The notes below the pieces were generated by a model, which saw nothing but the letters and a program-made list of their open reading frames with translations, had not been told where the DNA came from and searched no databases. From assembly GCA_951406725.2 (NCBI GenBank), contig OX597819.1, positions 57,536,001 through 57,600,000 on the forward strand: a stretch of DNA of 64,000 nucleotides. The letters are read 5' to 3'. The position numbers and the translations under genes were made by a program. Shown here one piece after another: positions 29,690 through 44,420 of this stretch. The DNA is from Octopus vulgaris (Eukaryota). The first letter of the stretch is position 1; every line of letters begins with the position of its first letter.

Positions 29690-30340
29690 CATACTTACAT
29701 ACATACATACATGAGTATAGGCATGCACACATGAACATACATGTACACATATGCATACACACATACATGTACACACACATATTTACATCCATCCATCCAT
29801 CCATCCATACATACATACATGCATGCATACATACATACATGCATGCATACATACATACATACATACATACATACATGCATGCATACATACATACATGCAT
29901 ACATACATACATACATACATACATGCATGCATACATACATACATACATACATACATACATACATACATCCATCCATACATACATACATGCATACATACAT
30001 ACATACATACATACATACATACATTCATACATACATACACACATACATACATGCACACATACATACATACATACATACAAACATACATACATACATACAT
30101 ACATACATACATACATACATACATACATACACACATACATACATACACACATACATACATACATACATACATACATACATACATACATACATACATACAT
30201 ACATACACACATACATACATACATACATACATACATACATACATGCATGCATACATACATGCATACATACATACATACATACATACATACATACACATAC
30301 ATACATACATACATACATACATACATACATACATACGTAT
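29690..30340. repeat. Long (CATA)n microsatellite (~650 bp)
   Basis: Tetranucleotide array with CATG/CATC/CACA variants; source of several spurious ORFs. Confidence 0.97.
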
Positions 30341-30352
30341 GTGCATATATAT

Positions 30353-30571
30353 CATGAACTAACTGTTACCTTCTCAGATGCAGCACGGGATTTTGTCCGT
30401 GAACGGGTCGGTGTCTCAAAGCGACGAAAATATTTTGGCAAATTAAATTTAAATGTTGAAGTGAATCTAACGATTTTTGTGTTTCTTAAATGGCTTATAA
30501 ACACCTTTCACGCTGCAATTGTTTGGTTCCAGCACACGATCTCAGATCTTGTATGCAAGTACATCTCCGTA
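30353..30571 (+). mobile_element. Short non-coding repeat, same family as 59017-59245 and 60091-60421
   Basis: agatgcagcacgg..gcgacgaaaatatttt..aatgttgaagtgaatc..gcacacgatctcagatc..acatctccgta is shared by all three. Confidence 0.85.
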
Positions 30572-30588
30572 GTATTCTTTTATTCATT

Positions 30589-30752
30589 TTCTTGTAATTG
30601 TTACAATCATTTAGCTGCAGCCATGCTGCAGCGCCGCCTTTAGTCGAACAATTCGAGACCGGGACTTGTCCATTGTAAGTCTACAACTTATTCTATCGGT
30701 ATCTTTTGCCGAACCGCTAAGTTACGGGGATTAAACACACCAACATCCGATG
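30589..30752 (-). mobile_element. SINE family A 3' fragment
   Basis: gccatgctgcagcgccgcctttagtcga..gccgaaccgctaagttacgggga. Confidence 0.75.
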
Positions 30753-30984
30753 TTTTGACAAAGAGTTAAATAGCTGTAGACCCTTGAATACCAAGCTATT
30801 GTAGTATATGGTCCTCACTCTAGATGAGACAGCTGAGGCTTTGGAACAGTGCGGGGACATCAAATTCGAGGATGTCGGGTATAACTCTCAATTCCAGCGA
30901 TGGTAGTAAAGACAATATATATATATATATACATATGCTCCAGCATGGCCACAGTCAAATGACTGAAACAAGTAAAAGAGTGAA

Positions 30985-31026
<42 letters not shown>

Positions 31027-32239
31027 TAGTATATGTGTGTGTGTATGCGTGTGTAATGTATTGTTTAAGATGGATCACGGTAGCATTTCTCTACAGAATT
31101 CTCTTTTGTAAATAGAAGCTAAGCGCCATTATCATTTAATTGATATTATCTTACCCGATTTAATTAGTTTTAACCCACCGAACAATTTGAACATCTTATG
31201 ATATAATTTGTTAATATCTGTTATCAAAGCTTTTATGTCAACCCCACGGATATTAATAATTTTCCTTTTTACACCTCTGGTAAGTTTCAACATTTATCCA
31301 TAGAACTTACTATGTACTAATCACTGTTGTCTGTATCAGAATAATATGGATTGACTACTAGCACTTTATACGTTGCTGACTTGAATCCATGACCGCGATT
31401 CGGATGCTGAAACGTAAGCTCAAGGTATAGTGCTTAGCGTATATAATTATAATCAATGAGCCAGCGTTTATTCCCCATGTGGAATTGGATATAGAGAAAA
31501 CCGATATCAGTTAATCTCGCTAGATTCTGAAATCAAAAAGATCATCAATTTGTTTTTTCCGGAAGACTTTTTGTCGACTGGTGAATTAGATTCAACATTT
31601 AAGCAGCTCTTTTTCTTTTCTGTTCTTTTTTCAAAAGATGAATTGATGCGTTCTATCTTTTTAATTAAAAAACACACCGGTACTTTTGAAGATATAATTT
31701 TCTTTCTATATCATTTAAATGTTTATAAAAGGAAAGCATCACATCATACGGTCATTTGATCAGTTTCTACAATTATTTCTTCTAGAATGAGTTCATCATT
31801 TTTATACAATTCCTGCAGCATACCTCTTGATTAAATTTTTATATCAAAAGATTATTTCCATCGATTATTTATAATTTGTTTAAGAAAACCTTAGATTCTG
31901 ATGTTATTTTCGTCACGTGCTACGTTCAGAAATCAAATTATTTCCATAACATTTACAGACTTTTGTCACATATTTGAGAAATCAAATCCTGGAAGAGTCT
32001 TTTATTTAAATATATATAATGGATTAGTAGTAGTAAAAGCTAAGTGTTTATTGGAATTTCTTGCAATTTCCCCTTAATTTTAAATATTTGATTGAATATT
32101 TCATCTTATATTTTTAGATTTAGTCAAGAACAAATTTAAATTGGTCAATTGTTTGTTTAATATCTAAGAAACCATTACATTTCATTTTATCCTCCCCACA
32201 AAATTGCCGGCCTTTTGCCAAAATCTGAAGACATGCAAC

Positions 32240-33650
32240 AGTGTAAATCACATTTCAATGCTACGAAAGTACAGCTCTACATGTATTTCAATGCAGTTCT
32301 AAAGAAAATAAATTGAACACTCCAAATAACAAACTCCAAGTTTATACAATCATTCACCAACTTTACTGTCTCGAGAAATTGAGAACTACACTATTGTAGG
32401 TTTTCTAGATTATAAATTTCAAATAACTTAAAGTTGTAGGTGTGTCAATAGTAAACATTAGTAGTATATTTCTCCTCGTGTTTCTTCTTCATTTTGCGTA
32501 TTCTTTCCACTCAGCCATAATATCCTCTGCTATAATGGATATATACTATTCTTGAAACTATTTAAAAATAATAATTAAGGGTATTTTTTCTTTTTAAGTT
32601 AGGTTTATAAGTCGAGACTTTATTTGATATTCAAATTGCAACTGATGAATATACATATACTCTATTTGTATTTTATATCAAATTATACCTTTGAAGATAA
32701 GAAGTTAAAGTTAGCAACTTCAACTTTATTCGTACCTAACAGTATAATTTTAAAATTCATTGAATATATTTAGAATAGCGTTAGTAGTTCAACCGCATCT
32801 GTTTAAGCAAGTTAATCAACAACGATTCTCGATGTAGCATTGAATAATGCTCGGATCAAAATGATGTTTATTTGTGATAACATGTTCTGGATGTAACAAA
32901 TTTATTTTCTTTATGCAGCACCAGCTTGCAACGGAAATTTCCGTGTTAAAGTAAGCAGAAACATACGATTTGCTCTGGCTTGGTATTCCATCACCTCTTC
33001 ACCTCTTTATATTAATTACTATACTCCAAGTGAATTAATTTAACCAATGGTTTGCATTTCAGCGGATTAATCTCTTGAAACTGTTGCTTTTGATCATTAA
33101 AATTACATTCCACGTTTAGATACATAATGACCAGATTATCGCACTGCATATGTGCTGTGAGGATGGCATTTCATTATTATTCACACTTACCTGTCTAAAC
33201 GTAAAATGCCCTTTATTTTTTCAACGTATCATTTCGTATAACGAGTACAACGATAAAGCCTACAACACCGCACCAGTTTAACAATATCACAATATTAGCT
33301 GACATCTTAAGCCAGGAAGGTCAGCTTCACTCTGACTTTCTTATCGTCTTAGATTTGATAACCGCTTCATTATCTATTCAGAAGCTGGAACAGCTGAAAC
33401 TACATATAGTCTCCAATATTCATGAGTTGAGGTTAAAGATGCCACATCTATTTAACAACGGAGAACAGTGAAAGGTGCAGTTGGTGGAGTTCTGTTGACT
33501 AACGTGAATTGTCTTCAGTTCATTGATAAATGGTTCTAAGTTCATATAACACAGGACTGTATTATCTTTTCGTCGCCAGTTGAGGATCGTTAAACCTACT
33601 TATGTTAATATATATATATATATATACAAGCTGCAGATTAACTATGGATT
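32240..33650. repeat. Further copy of blocks D and A of the tandem non-coding unit
   Basis: 33272-33427 versus 19953-20108: 9 differences in 156 bp; flanks visibly more diverged. Confidence 0.85.
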
Positions 33651-33811
33651 CGTAAAAGAGAAAATGGGTAGCTGGGTGCGATGTGAGTTCAATGGATGCA
33701 GCAATTCCCAGAATAACTATCACTATGCACAACGAAAAATTTAGTCTTCTGTTATTTTTATTAGCTGTAATATAAAATGCGAATATACTCTTTGGGTTTT
33801 ATGGCAAGAAT

Positions 33812-33865
<54 letters not shown>

Positions 33866-34076
33866 CACCACCACCACCACTACCACCAACACCACCACCA
33901 ACACCGCTACTACTACGACTACACTTACTAATACTACTACTACTAGTACCACAATCACCACAACTGGTGCTACTACTACGACTACTACTACTACTACTAC
34001 TACACCTACCACCACCATCGCTACTGCTACTGCTACTTCTACTACTACTACCACCACTGCTACTACTAGTACTAGT
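33812..34076. repeat. (ACT)n/(ACC)n microsatellite
   Basis: Trinucleotide repeats; continues at 34505-34860 beyond a SINE. Confidence 0.95.
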
Positions 34077-34497
34077 ACCTATTTCTTTACTATCCACAAG
34101 GGGCTAAACACAGAGAGGACAAACAAGGACAGACAAACGGATTAAGTCGATTATATCGACCCCAGTGTGTAACTGGTACTTATTTACTCGACCCCGAAAG
34201 GATGAAAGGCAAAGTCGACCTCGGCAGAATTTGAACTCACAACGTAGCGACAGACGAAATACCTATTTCTTTATTACCCACAAGGGGCTAAACACAGAGG
34301 GGACAAACAAGGACAGACATAGGGATTAAGTCGATTATATCGACCCTAGTGTGTAACTGGTACTTATTTACTCGACCCTGAAAGGATGAAAGGCAAAGTC
34401 GACCTCGGCAGAATTTGAACTCACAACGTAGCGGCAGACGAAATACCGCTTAGCATTTCGCTCAACGTGCTAACGTTTCTGCCAGCTCGCCGCCTTT
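34077..34497 (-). mobile_element. SINE family B with ~183-bp internal tandem duplication
   Basis: Head aaggcggcgagctggcagaaacgttagc at the right end; 34077-34259 is repeated at 34260-34445. Confidence 0.9.
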
Positions 34498-34594
34498 ATT
34501 GTACGAACTAGTACCAACACCACCACCACTACTATTACTACTACGACGACTACCACCACCACCGCCGCTAATACTACTACTACTACTACTACCA

Positions 34595-34625
<31 letters not shown>

Positions 34626-35052
34626 AATCTATTTCTGCTACGTCTACAAATACTACGACTGCTATTAATACTTCTGTGACTACTGTAATCAGTACTACTA
34701 CAACTACTAGTACGGGTACTACTACCACCAATACTATTGCCACTACTGTTACAACAACAACTACAATACTACTACTACTATTACAACTATTCCTATTGCT
34801 ACTACTATGAGTATTAGAAACATTACCACTGTCACTACCTCACCTAACTAATACTATGACCACTACACTTGGCACTATACTGTCGTGCTTGACGTTGCTT
34901 TGAGCTATATTTTTATGTGAAAATTGTATGACTTAAGCTTTATTGTATTTTGGATGAATTAGACAGACCAATAAACAGATGGAAAAATACAGCTAAACAT
35001 CAGATTTTGTACTAAATTTGCTGTTAATAATTGGTCATAACATTCTGTCATA

Positions 35053-36354
35053 CGAGGTGGTATCAAAAAGTTTCCGGACTTTTAGGTGTAGGAGTGGCTG
35101 TGTTGTAAGTAGCTTGCTTACCAACCACATGGTTCCGAGTTCAGTCCCACGTCGTGGGACCTTGCGCAAATGTCTTCTTCTCTAGCCTCAGGCCGACCAA
35201 AGCCTTGTGAATGGATTTGGTAGACGGAAACTGAAAGAAGCCCGTCGTATATATATGTATATATATATGTATATGTATGTGTGTATATGTTTATGTGTCT
35301 GTGTTTGTCCCCCCAACATCGCTTGACAATCGATGCTGGTGTGTTTACGTCCCCGTAACTTAGCGGTTCAGCAAAAGAGACTGATAGAATAGGTACTAGA
35401 CTCCCAAAGTATAAGTCCTCGGGTCGATTTGCTCGACTAAAGACGGTGCTCTAGCATGGCCGCAATCAACTGACTGAAACAAGTAAAAGAGGACTAGGTA
35501 TGTAGCGCACCAACAGATGGTAGTACACTGTCGCATGCACAATGAGCGCTAGCAGTGACATTCTTGGGGCAATGAGTCGAGTGACATTTCTGTGTTTACG
35601 AAGTAAGTTCTGAAATTTGTGTTTTTGTGATCACGTGCATATTGTAGTCTGCGATGTTACCATGAACAGGAGCAAAGAGCCAACGTGAAATTTTGCTTTA
35701 AACTTGGGTGTCTGCTACAGAGACATTGAAGATGCTTCGGCAAGCTTACAGCGAAGAGGCATTGGGCAATAGACAATTTTTCGAGTGGTACGGCCACTTC
35801 AAAAGCAGAAGGACACTCCTAAAAGACGATGAGCGATGTGAAAGATCAGCCACGACAGTCATCCCCGGAAATGTGGTATTGTACGTCGAGAATTCGTCTC
35901 CCAGGGCCAGACCGTCAATCGAGAGTTCTACTGCAACGCTTTGAGACTTTTCAAGGAGGACATTCGGTGAAAGCGACTGGATCTATAGAGCGCGAAGAAT
36001 TGGACCCTTGATCGAGCTCTCCTCGCTTGTGAGTTTCTCGCCAAAAACAAAATGTTATCGCTTCCACACCTGTCCTATTCAGCTGCAGATTTTTATCTCT
36101 TCCTCAAGATGAAAATGTAGCTCAATGTTCGCCGATTTAACACTGTTGTCAAGATCCAAGGCGAATCGCAGAATGTTCTCGACTCGCTTACAGAAAACAA
36201 CTTCTAGGCTGGATTCCAAAAATGGCAAGAATGCTGGGGCTGGTGTATTGCTACGCAAGATGACTATTCTGAAAGAGATGCTGTTAAACCTGAGATAAAT
36301 AAGTCACTTTTTTATGAAGCGTAACTAGTCCGGGAACCTTTTGATATCACCTTG
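35053..36354 (+). mobile_element. Degenerate mariner transposon with a SINE in its left TIR
   Basis: TA-flanked TIRs cgaggtggtatcaaaaagtttccggact / agtccgggaaccttttgatatcaccttg. Transposase remnants EQRANVKFCFKLG.SATETLKML, EWYGHFK, YS..FYLF.KMK. Confidence 0.88.
35083..35490 (+). mobile_element. SINE family A, full length
   Basis: Complete head, body and tail; GGACT is duplicated at 35076-35080 and 35491-35495. Confidence 0.92.
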
Positions 36355-36904
36355 TACAACCGACATTTTAAATGGTTTCAGATTCACCGACAGATTTTCT
36401 TGTGCATGTTATATTGTCAAGCACCAACTATATATTGAAAAACATATTTTGTCATTACTGTTTTCGTTATATCTATTTGGGTAACTTTTTTTATTTGATT
36501 ATTTATGTTTAAATGGTGCTAGCAAAATAAGGTGAATGTGTAATTTATAACTAGTATGTGAATGCGTGTATGTGTGACTCTGTGTGTGTGTGTGTGTGTG
36601 TTTGTGTGGTCTCTAGATTCGTATTTAGGATTTGTGTGTATGTGTGTGTGTACATGTATGTAATGGTGGTAAAATTATAAAACACTGATGTTATTTTATC
36701 ATGATTCTTGTAATACGATGTTTAAGATGATAAGTGACGTTTGTGACGATTGTGTGTTTCATGTGTGATTTCTAGATGTGTATGTTTGTTGTTTATGTGT
36801 GTGCCTATCTGAAAATGCCGGTAGTAAACATTTAATATTTTTTTCAAAACTCTTTTGAATACTGTTTACATGATGGTCAGTGGCATTCGTGGGGTTTGCC
36901 AGAA

Positions 36905-37215
36905 ACAGGCGGCACGTGTCAAAGTAATACATGATACAGGCTGATTACAAACCTGGAGACTTGGGAAATATCACTAATATCGTTGTGGGAGGGGCTCCTT
37001 GTTTCTTTTTATCAGGGGTGGGGTATAAAGGAGAAGATCTACCTCACAAAAATCACAGATATGAATCATCCGAAGGAATGTCTCGTGAATGAGTGTACTC
37101 AGTCTGACAGAAAAGGGGTTAAATTGCACTGGATTCATTTGAATCTAAAAGCGTATCGGACTTCGCATCACTATTGGTGGAAACCACGTTGAAAATATCA
37201 TTCATTAAAGTAAGT
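36905..37215 (+). promoter_or_regulatory. Candidate Pol II promoter and first exon
   Basis: CACGTG (36913), GC/GT boxes (gggagggg, ggggtgggg), TATAAA (37024), donor GTAAGT (37210) and a strong acceptor at 37728. Motif-level evidence only. Confidence 0.3.
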
Positions 37216-37939
37216 GAATAGAAATATTGAAAATACCTAAAGTTGCCTGTTTCAAGACATTACCGTCATCTTGTAGAATTAGTGACGGAATTTGAAATCA
37301 TCTAAACGATCAGATGATGGTTATTAAAAAAGTGTATGTTTAGTTAGTTGACGAGAAAATTAAATCTGAAGTGAACTACAAATAGCACGCGATTTTGTTG
37401 GCAGTATGACGGTCCCAAATTATAACAGTGTATATAGATACACAAATATATGTGTGTGTCTGTATGTCTGTGTGTATGTGTTTTGTATATATGCAGTTGA
37501 CTACTTACGTATGTATCTGTATGTGTGTATATCTGTATGCACGCGTGTGTGTGTGCGTGTGTGTATGTGCGTGTATTTAACCGTGGCTATACACTTTTGC
37601 TTCTAATTCCTTCAGTAACAGATTCATTATTTAGTATGCAAAATATCTGTTGCTATTTTATGTGACCTACCTTGTTTATTGTAGGGAATTATCCTGTTGT
37701 TTTTTTTGTTTTTGTATCCTTCCTACAGCACCAATCACGTTAGCTACTGCACCCATCGCTTCGTGATCGGAATTCATTGGTTAATCTCTGCTCGTGTCCA
37801 TTTCAGGATGTGTGCGCTATAGCAGACTACAGCAACAGCTCATATGTTGATGGCTGTCACATGTTGCCTTGAGTTGAGTTTTGATTTCAAGAGATTTGAG
37901 GCACTTGAAATATGCAGTGTTGACCTTGTTTTTCATTTC

Positions 37940-38032
37940 TGTGCAAGATATTGTCCAGCTCCAGGATCCCAACATACTTGTACCCATCATCCGAGTCTCA
38001 CATTCTCTCTCTGTTTGGTAATTCTATGTCCC

Positions 38033-38094
<62 letters not shown>

Positions 38095-38220
38095 TATGTT
38101 TGACTTTTGCTTTACATTTGCACAAGCTGGCTCCAAGTCTCACACAGAGACCTCAAGAGACAACAAGTTGGAAGTTCGTTTGGTGTTATGACTAGGGTCC
38201 CACATATTTGGTCTTGTGCT
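37940..38220 (-). mobile_element. R4/Dong-like non-LTR retrotransposon fragments beside (TAA)n
   Basis: Minus strand reads IELPN...DDGYKYVGILELDNIL (RT YKYLG motif). A separate ~128-bp unique segment (38093-38220) is embedded in TAA repeats. Confidence 0.5.
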
Positions 38221-38413
<193 letters not shown>

Positions 38414-39960
38414 GACAAGCGGGCTTTGCATATGTGCGCGTGTGTCTTTCGTGTTTGAAATTTTTATAACATATTTGGGGAAGCACGAATAATCTGCAGC
38501 TGAACTCTTGAAGCTTTATTTCTTATAGTGTTTCAGTTTCATCTCCTGGAATTCTGGTCCTTTCGTACAATGCCGTAGTTCAAATCAGAAACCAAATGGC
38601 TGCTAAGCAGAACACTTATATACAAAACTATGTCGATGGCGCCCGATTTGAAGGAGATTTATTTGCTCTTTCTAGCAGATCGACTGACGGCGTGGAGACT
38701 CTTTCGTTGGCTAGCTTAGTAAAAACATTAATTTTGCTTTTAATAACAAGGTTTCACATAACAGGCGTTTTGCAATTTACCTCAATTACAAACCAATCAC
38801 AAACAAGCTGTTCGCTTCATTTTTCAAAACTATATAAACCAAATACTGTGAAATAGTTTGAAAGTTATGACCTCAGGCGACTGGAAAAAATTATAAGAGG
38901 TGAATCATTTAATTTGTTTCTAACAAATGATCGAACCGATTTCATAATTACTGTTTTGTTATGAAAGGAACCTAAAAAGATCAGTTAAGTGATCAATTCA
39001 TCAATGATGTACACGCTTAGATGAGCTTCCAAATAACATTTTTACTAAAGATTATTTCGAACAGTAGATGCATGGATAAACACAGCATTCTTTCTAAATA
39101 ATGCAGATGCAATGTAGGACAATATCTCGAATGGAATGCACATTACTCTACCAACCTTGCCACGATCATGGTTTTTGTAGTCAAGTTTCCCCGAGTAGTT
39201 TCAAAATCTAATCTCAATTCCGGGACTAAAGCTCGAATTGCAGCATTGACGTTTTTACTGAGGCCACCAAAGCAATAACAGAGATAGCATACATAAAGAG
39301 TGTTAATCGTTGAGAAGTTGTTTAATGAGCCATTAGATCGGATCAACAAGACAAAATATTTCAGCTATCATCTGCTACAAACATTCATTTGTTCATTTTA
39401 ACCCATCCCAAAACCAAATCAATGTTATCGTTTGTGAGATTAAAATCATTCAAAACGTGTAATTTTCGTTTCTTTTCCCCTTCTAGTTTTCGTAAATTTA
39501 TGCTGATTCGAGCAGATGAAATTATTCCAGCTGAATGGAATATTGATGAATGTAAGAGGGTCAATCCTCAATTCAATAATCTCAATACTACTGCTTAAAC
39601 GATATTTTCGCATTTTACACTTCTTCGGAAATGTTTAGGATGCCTAGAGAAACTTACTATGAACAAATTTACAATACGCAAATTCACTACAGCTGCACAC
39701 ATATTGAAACTGCCATTTAAGATTCTGATCAAATTAGTTTCCAGACATAAAAATACATAACAAAATGTGCAAATGACAGAATATTATTAGGTAATAAGAA
39801 ATAAGTATATCATGGAATGTTGTTGGAGTATATGTCTCCAAACAGAAACAACTGTAATATACATTTTGCGTCATGATTTACAATTCGTCGTATATTCCAT
39901 AGAATATGACATACAGCTATGTTAGCCATTATTATCCTTACCACCATGTACGAGGATTAC

Positions 39961-40367
39961 TATTCTTTTTACTTGTTTCAGTCATTTGACTGCGGCCATG
40001 CTGGAGCACCGCCTTTAGTCGAGCAAATCGACCCCAGGACTTATTCATTGTAAGCCTAGTACTTACTCTATCGGGACCTTTTACCGAACCGCTAAGTTAC
40101 GGGGACGTAAACACACCAGCATCGATTGTCAAGCGATGTTGGGGGGACAAACACAGACACACAAGCATATACACCCACATACATATATATATATATATAC
40201 ATATATACAGCGGGATTCTTTCAGTTTCCGTCTACCAAATCCACTCACAAGGCTTTGGTCGGCCCGAGGCTATAGTAGAAGATACTTGCCCAAGATGCCA
40301 CGCAGTGGGACTGAACCCGGAACCATGTCATTTGCAAGCAATCTACTTACCACACAGCCACTCCTGC
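39961..40367 (-). mobile_element. SINE family A, full length
   Basis: Reverse complement of the family A layout. Confidence 0.92.
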
Positions 40368-41745
40368 AGGAAGGAATATAACATTTTAATGTGAGACTTC
40401 CTAAGCCAACACAAATCCTATTTTTGTTTGTTGTTTCTCATTACGACGAGAAAAATATCCTAACATATTTTTCTCGCTTTTCAAGTTACAACTAAAATTT
40501 CCGATAGGGTCAGGTTCGCATTTTATGCAACTGCAGTCTAAACATCTACCTACTAGTCAAGTACCGGGGACGATGATATGAACTAAAACATTCCACACCC
40601 TTAAAAATTACCGGTCTTATGACAACAGAAGCAGTTACTTTTATTGTCTATTATATCTACATATAATCTTTAAAGGTTTGTCTGTGGAGTTTATTGAATA
40701 ACTATATAAGCATTTTTAGTGAGTTATAGCAAGAAAATAGCAAAAAATGCATTAAAAATGGAATAAAAAATGATGGTTATTTTTTTCTAATCATCATGAA
40801 AGCATCGTTTAGGCTCAAGTGGGTTCTTCTTTGTTAATTTAACTCATCCTTCTTGAATCGTTAATAATAAGGAACAACAAAGTACATCATGAAGAGTGGT
40901 GTATATTCAGTTCGTGGGAAGCTGCGAAAGGACAGACAGTTACATTTCTAAAGTAAAAGCTCATATCACCAGACAGCTGGAAGCTCAATTTTTCCAGTGG
41001 TAACTGTGCACTTCGGTGATCGTTAATAAAACATTAAAGATATAGCTAGTGAGAAGAAGGTCTAAGAACTGATTAGTCTTAATGTATACGTGTATATATG
41101 TATAAACACGCAGATTAGAAGAATTATTTAAAATTTTCATTCAACTATATAACTGCTTCAACATGACAGAGTGATTAGAGAGTATGGTGGTGTGTTTCGT
41201 TACGTGTTCTGTCTTCTAATAAGTTCAGGTTTCAAATAAATCCGACACCAATTTGGTACCTCATTATTATAATTTTCATCACGGTATATAAGTAGCAATC
41301 AAGTGCTGAGATCTGTTCATTTCTCATTCAGACACAGCTACTTTGCATTTTGGAAAGGGTCGAGAAGCACCACTTAGAATGTTGCTTCTTCCTAAAGGGC
41401 GAACGTCTAACCAAAGGTTTTGCAATCTTTCCTCTTAGAAAAGATGCTAATATACTGAGACCGCTCAAGGGTCGTTTGATGTGTGTAGCATTACCATTGC
41501 AAAATTTGAATGGGATAATACAGTGCAACATAATTTCTAGATCGCTATTCATCATGTGTTAACATTGATTTCCCAGTAAATCAACAAGGCACAATGTTCA
41601 GCGATGTTTAGCCCGTCTTCACGTTTTGAGTTCATATTCAGCAGAAGTTTATTTTGTTATCGCGGACGATAAGTTGAATACTGGGATCGATTTAATTGAC
41701 TTATCTCCTCCAGCGACATTGCTGGCCTTGCGCCAAAATTGAAAA

Positions 41746-41793
<48 letters not shown>

Positions 41794-41795
<2 letters not shown>

Positions 41796-42121
41796 AGCAC
41801 TCCGTTGGTTACGACGACGAGGATACCAACTGATACGATCAACGGAGCAGCTTACCCGTGAAATGAACGTGCAAGTAGCTTACCACTCCATGTGTAACGT
41901 AACCTTAGCGTACTTCTCAAGGAAATTCAGCGTGACACAGAGTCTGACAAGGCTGGATCTTTGAAACACATGTACTACTCATTTTGCCAGGTGAGTGAGT
42001 GGACTGGAGCAATGTGAAAATAAAGTGTCTTGCTCACGGATACAACGCGTAGCCAGCAATTGAACTCACGACCTTACGATTGTGAGTCGAATGTCCTAAC
42101 AACTGAGCCACGCGCCTTCAC
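41794..42121 (-). mobile_element. SINE family C, full length
   Basis: Minus-strand head gaaggcgcgtggctcagttgttagg..gagttcaatt..gagcaagacact; tail ..cgtcgtcgtaaccaacggagtgc. Confidence 0.88.
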
Positions 42122-42135
42122 AATGTATGTATGTA

Positions 42136-42233
<98 letters not shown>

Positions 42234-43768
42234 CATATAAAATTCCAGCCAAGTGTGTGTGACGTCCTATACTGGACAGTGCTACTGGAGTTTATAGCCC
42301 TTGAAAGACTTCTCTTCCAAGCCGACCAACGACACACATTCTTTGTTCTATTAGTATTTGCGAGGGGAGGCCATGGCTCCCATCCCTAGCCTTACGTGGT
42401 AGACATGGACTCGAGTTTCTGGGTGGTCAGCCGTCCTCAGCGTGTGTGTTAATCACCAGCTAGTGATGTAAACTTACCCCACTCGCAAAATATTATATAT
42501 GCTTTTTCTCGTGACGAACCGTCGCTGATCGCGAAGCAGTAAAAATAACAGTCACTTGTATGTTGGTAATTTAACCTTTTTTCAATCTTTCGATTAGTCT
42601 TTTTGTGAATAATCTCAGAGATATTTGCGCGTTGCCCTGAGCAACGCTGTCCCGAACGTAAGAGAAAATGTTATAGTTTCAGGCAACATTTGATATTTGT
42701 AGAGCAGCAGTAACTAGATATTGCAGTAGTCGTCATTGTAATTTGCAATTTTACAGTGTTTGAAGGCTTCGTCGTCGTCATCTTTATCATCTTAAATCTT
42801 TATCATCTTTATCATCGTAAGCGTTGCCATCATTGTCGTCATAGCCTCACCGTCATCATCATCGTCATCATCATCATCCTCCTCCTCCTCCTCTACCTCC
42901 TCCTCCTCCTCCTCATCATCATCATCATCATCATCATCAACATCATCATCATTATCAACGTCGTCATCAGTTTACTAGACGTCATAGGGAAGAAATAATG
43001 TTTCATTGACAAACACAAAATCTAATTTCGTACATCATTTAGCTTTTTCCCTCTCAAATCCATATTTGTGTGCGTGTGTGTGTGTGAGTGCACAGGCTCA
43101 CGTGTGTTAGTGTAAGAGCATGTGCGCCTACCTGTGAATATACGAGTGTGTGTTTTATTAAAACCGCTTTGATCCGCTCACAGAACAGCTTTGATCGGTG
43201 AATAGCATCATTTTGTTATTACATTGGGATCAAATCACTAACCAGATCATTGATTAGCACACATTGCTTTAAAACCTGGAAAATATTCAAGTTCTAATTT
43301 ATAAAATGCTCTAGTTAAGGGATTAAATTATTTTTGTCCATTTTTTTTCTTTGTTGATCTATTTGTATCAATTCATTCATTAAATGTTATTGCATTTATC
43401 CGTCGTTGAATGGAATATAATTATATTGCCAAAATAAATTGCTTTTCTCTAGCGCCCAGAGGAATGTAACAGAGGATGGGCTCAGCGGTTGAGAGTGATT
43501 TGGTATTATAAGGCGATGTGATCAAATGCTGGTTACTGCAGTATTGGAGTTTTAATAGTGAACCGTTAAAGCTATATATAATTGTGTTTAGACGCAAATG
43601 AGTTTAAGAACAGGAGAATTTCGAGAAGTAGTCGATTAATAAGCAGGTGGGTACGTGCAATTAGGGTTTGATGAATAATGCAGGATATGTCCAGAAGGCG
43701 CTTAATGTCCTAGAAACCAGGAAGCACGTATGTGTATGTATGGATTTGTTTGCATGTGTGTGTATATA

Positions 43769-43888
<120 letters not shown>

Positions 43889-43964
43889 TGGATATATATT
43901 TGTTTGTAAATATGCATATATATATATGTATATCTGCATATGTATATATATATATATATATATA

Positions 43965-44420
43965 TCCCTTTCCTTGATCTCTTAATTATAAAAACACCTA
44001 ACAACCAAATCACAACAGACACCTATCACAAATCTACAGACTCACAATAATACCTCCTCTTCAGCCCATGCCACCCAAAACACACCAAGATAAATATCCC
44101 TTTCAACTCAGCTAAAAGTTTATGCACCATTGTCTCGGATCCAAAAACTCGAGAAATACGCCTTCAAGACCTAAAAACAACACTCCCTCAATATCCCTCC
44201 ACATTCATAAACTATGGAATAAAACGTGCGAACAATCTCCAACAATACCGTCAAATTCCACTTCGTAGCCACATAGACTCTTGCGCTAGAGATAAAAATC
44301 CAAAATTTCACATATTCCCTTTCTACCAATGTAAAGACAAAATCTCTACACAAAAAAAAATCAACAAGGAAAATCTTTTTATTGAAAAATTTCGAACGCG
44401 TCTTAATATGCAAACTCCAC
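43965..44420 (+). mobile_element. Penelope-like element RT thumb fragment
   Basis: Translates as [53 protein letters not shown]...RLQDLKTTL. Confidence 0.8.

Noticed and set aside
29655-30643. Long ORFs of 200-300 aa (MYVC.../HTYI...)
   Set aside because: Translations of a (CATA)n microsatellite, which lacks stops in several frames.
33741-34810. Poly-Thr/Ser/Val/Leu ORFs resembling mucins or signal peptides
   Set aside because: (ACT)n/(ACC)n repeats around a SINE; no splice or domain support.
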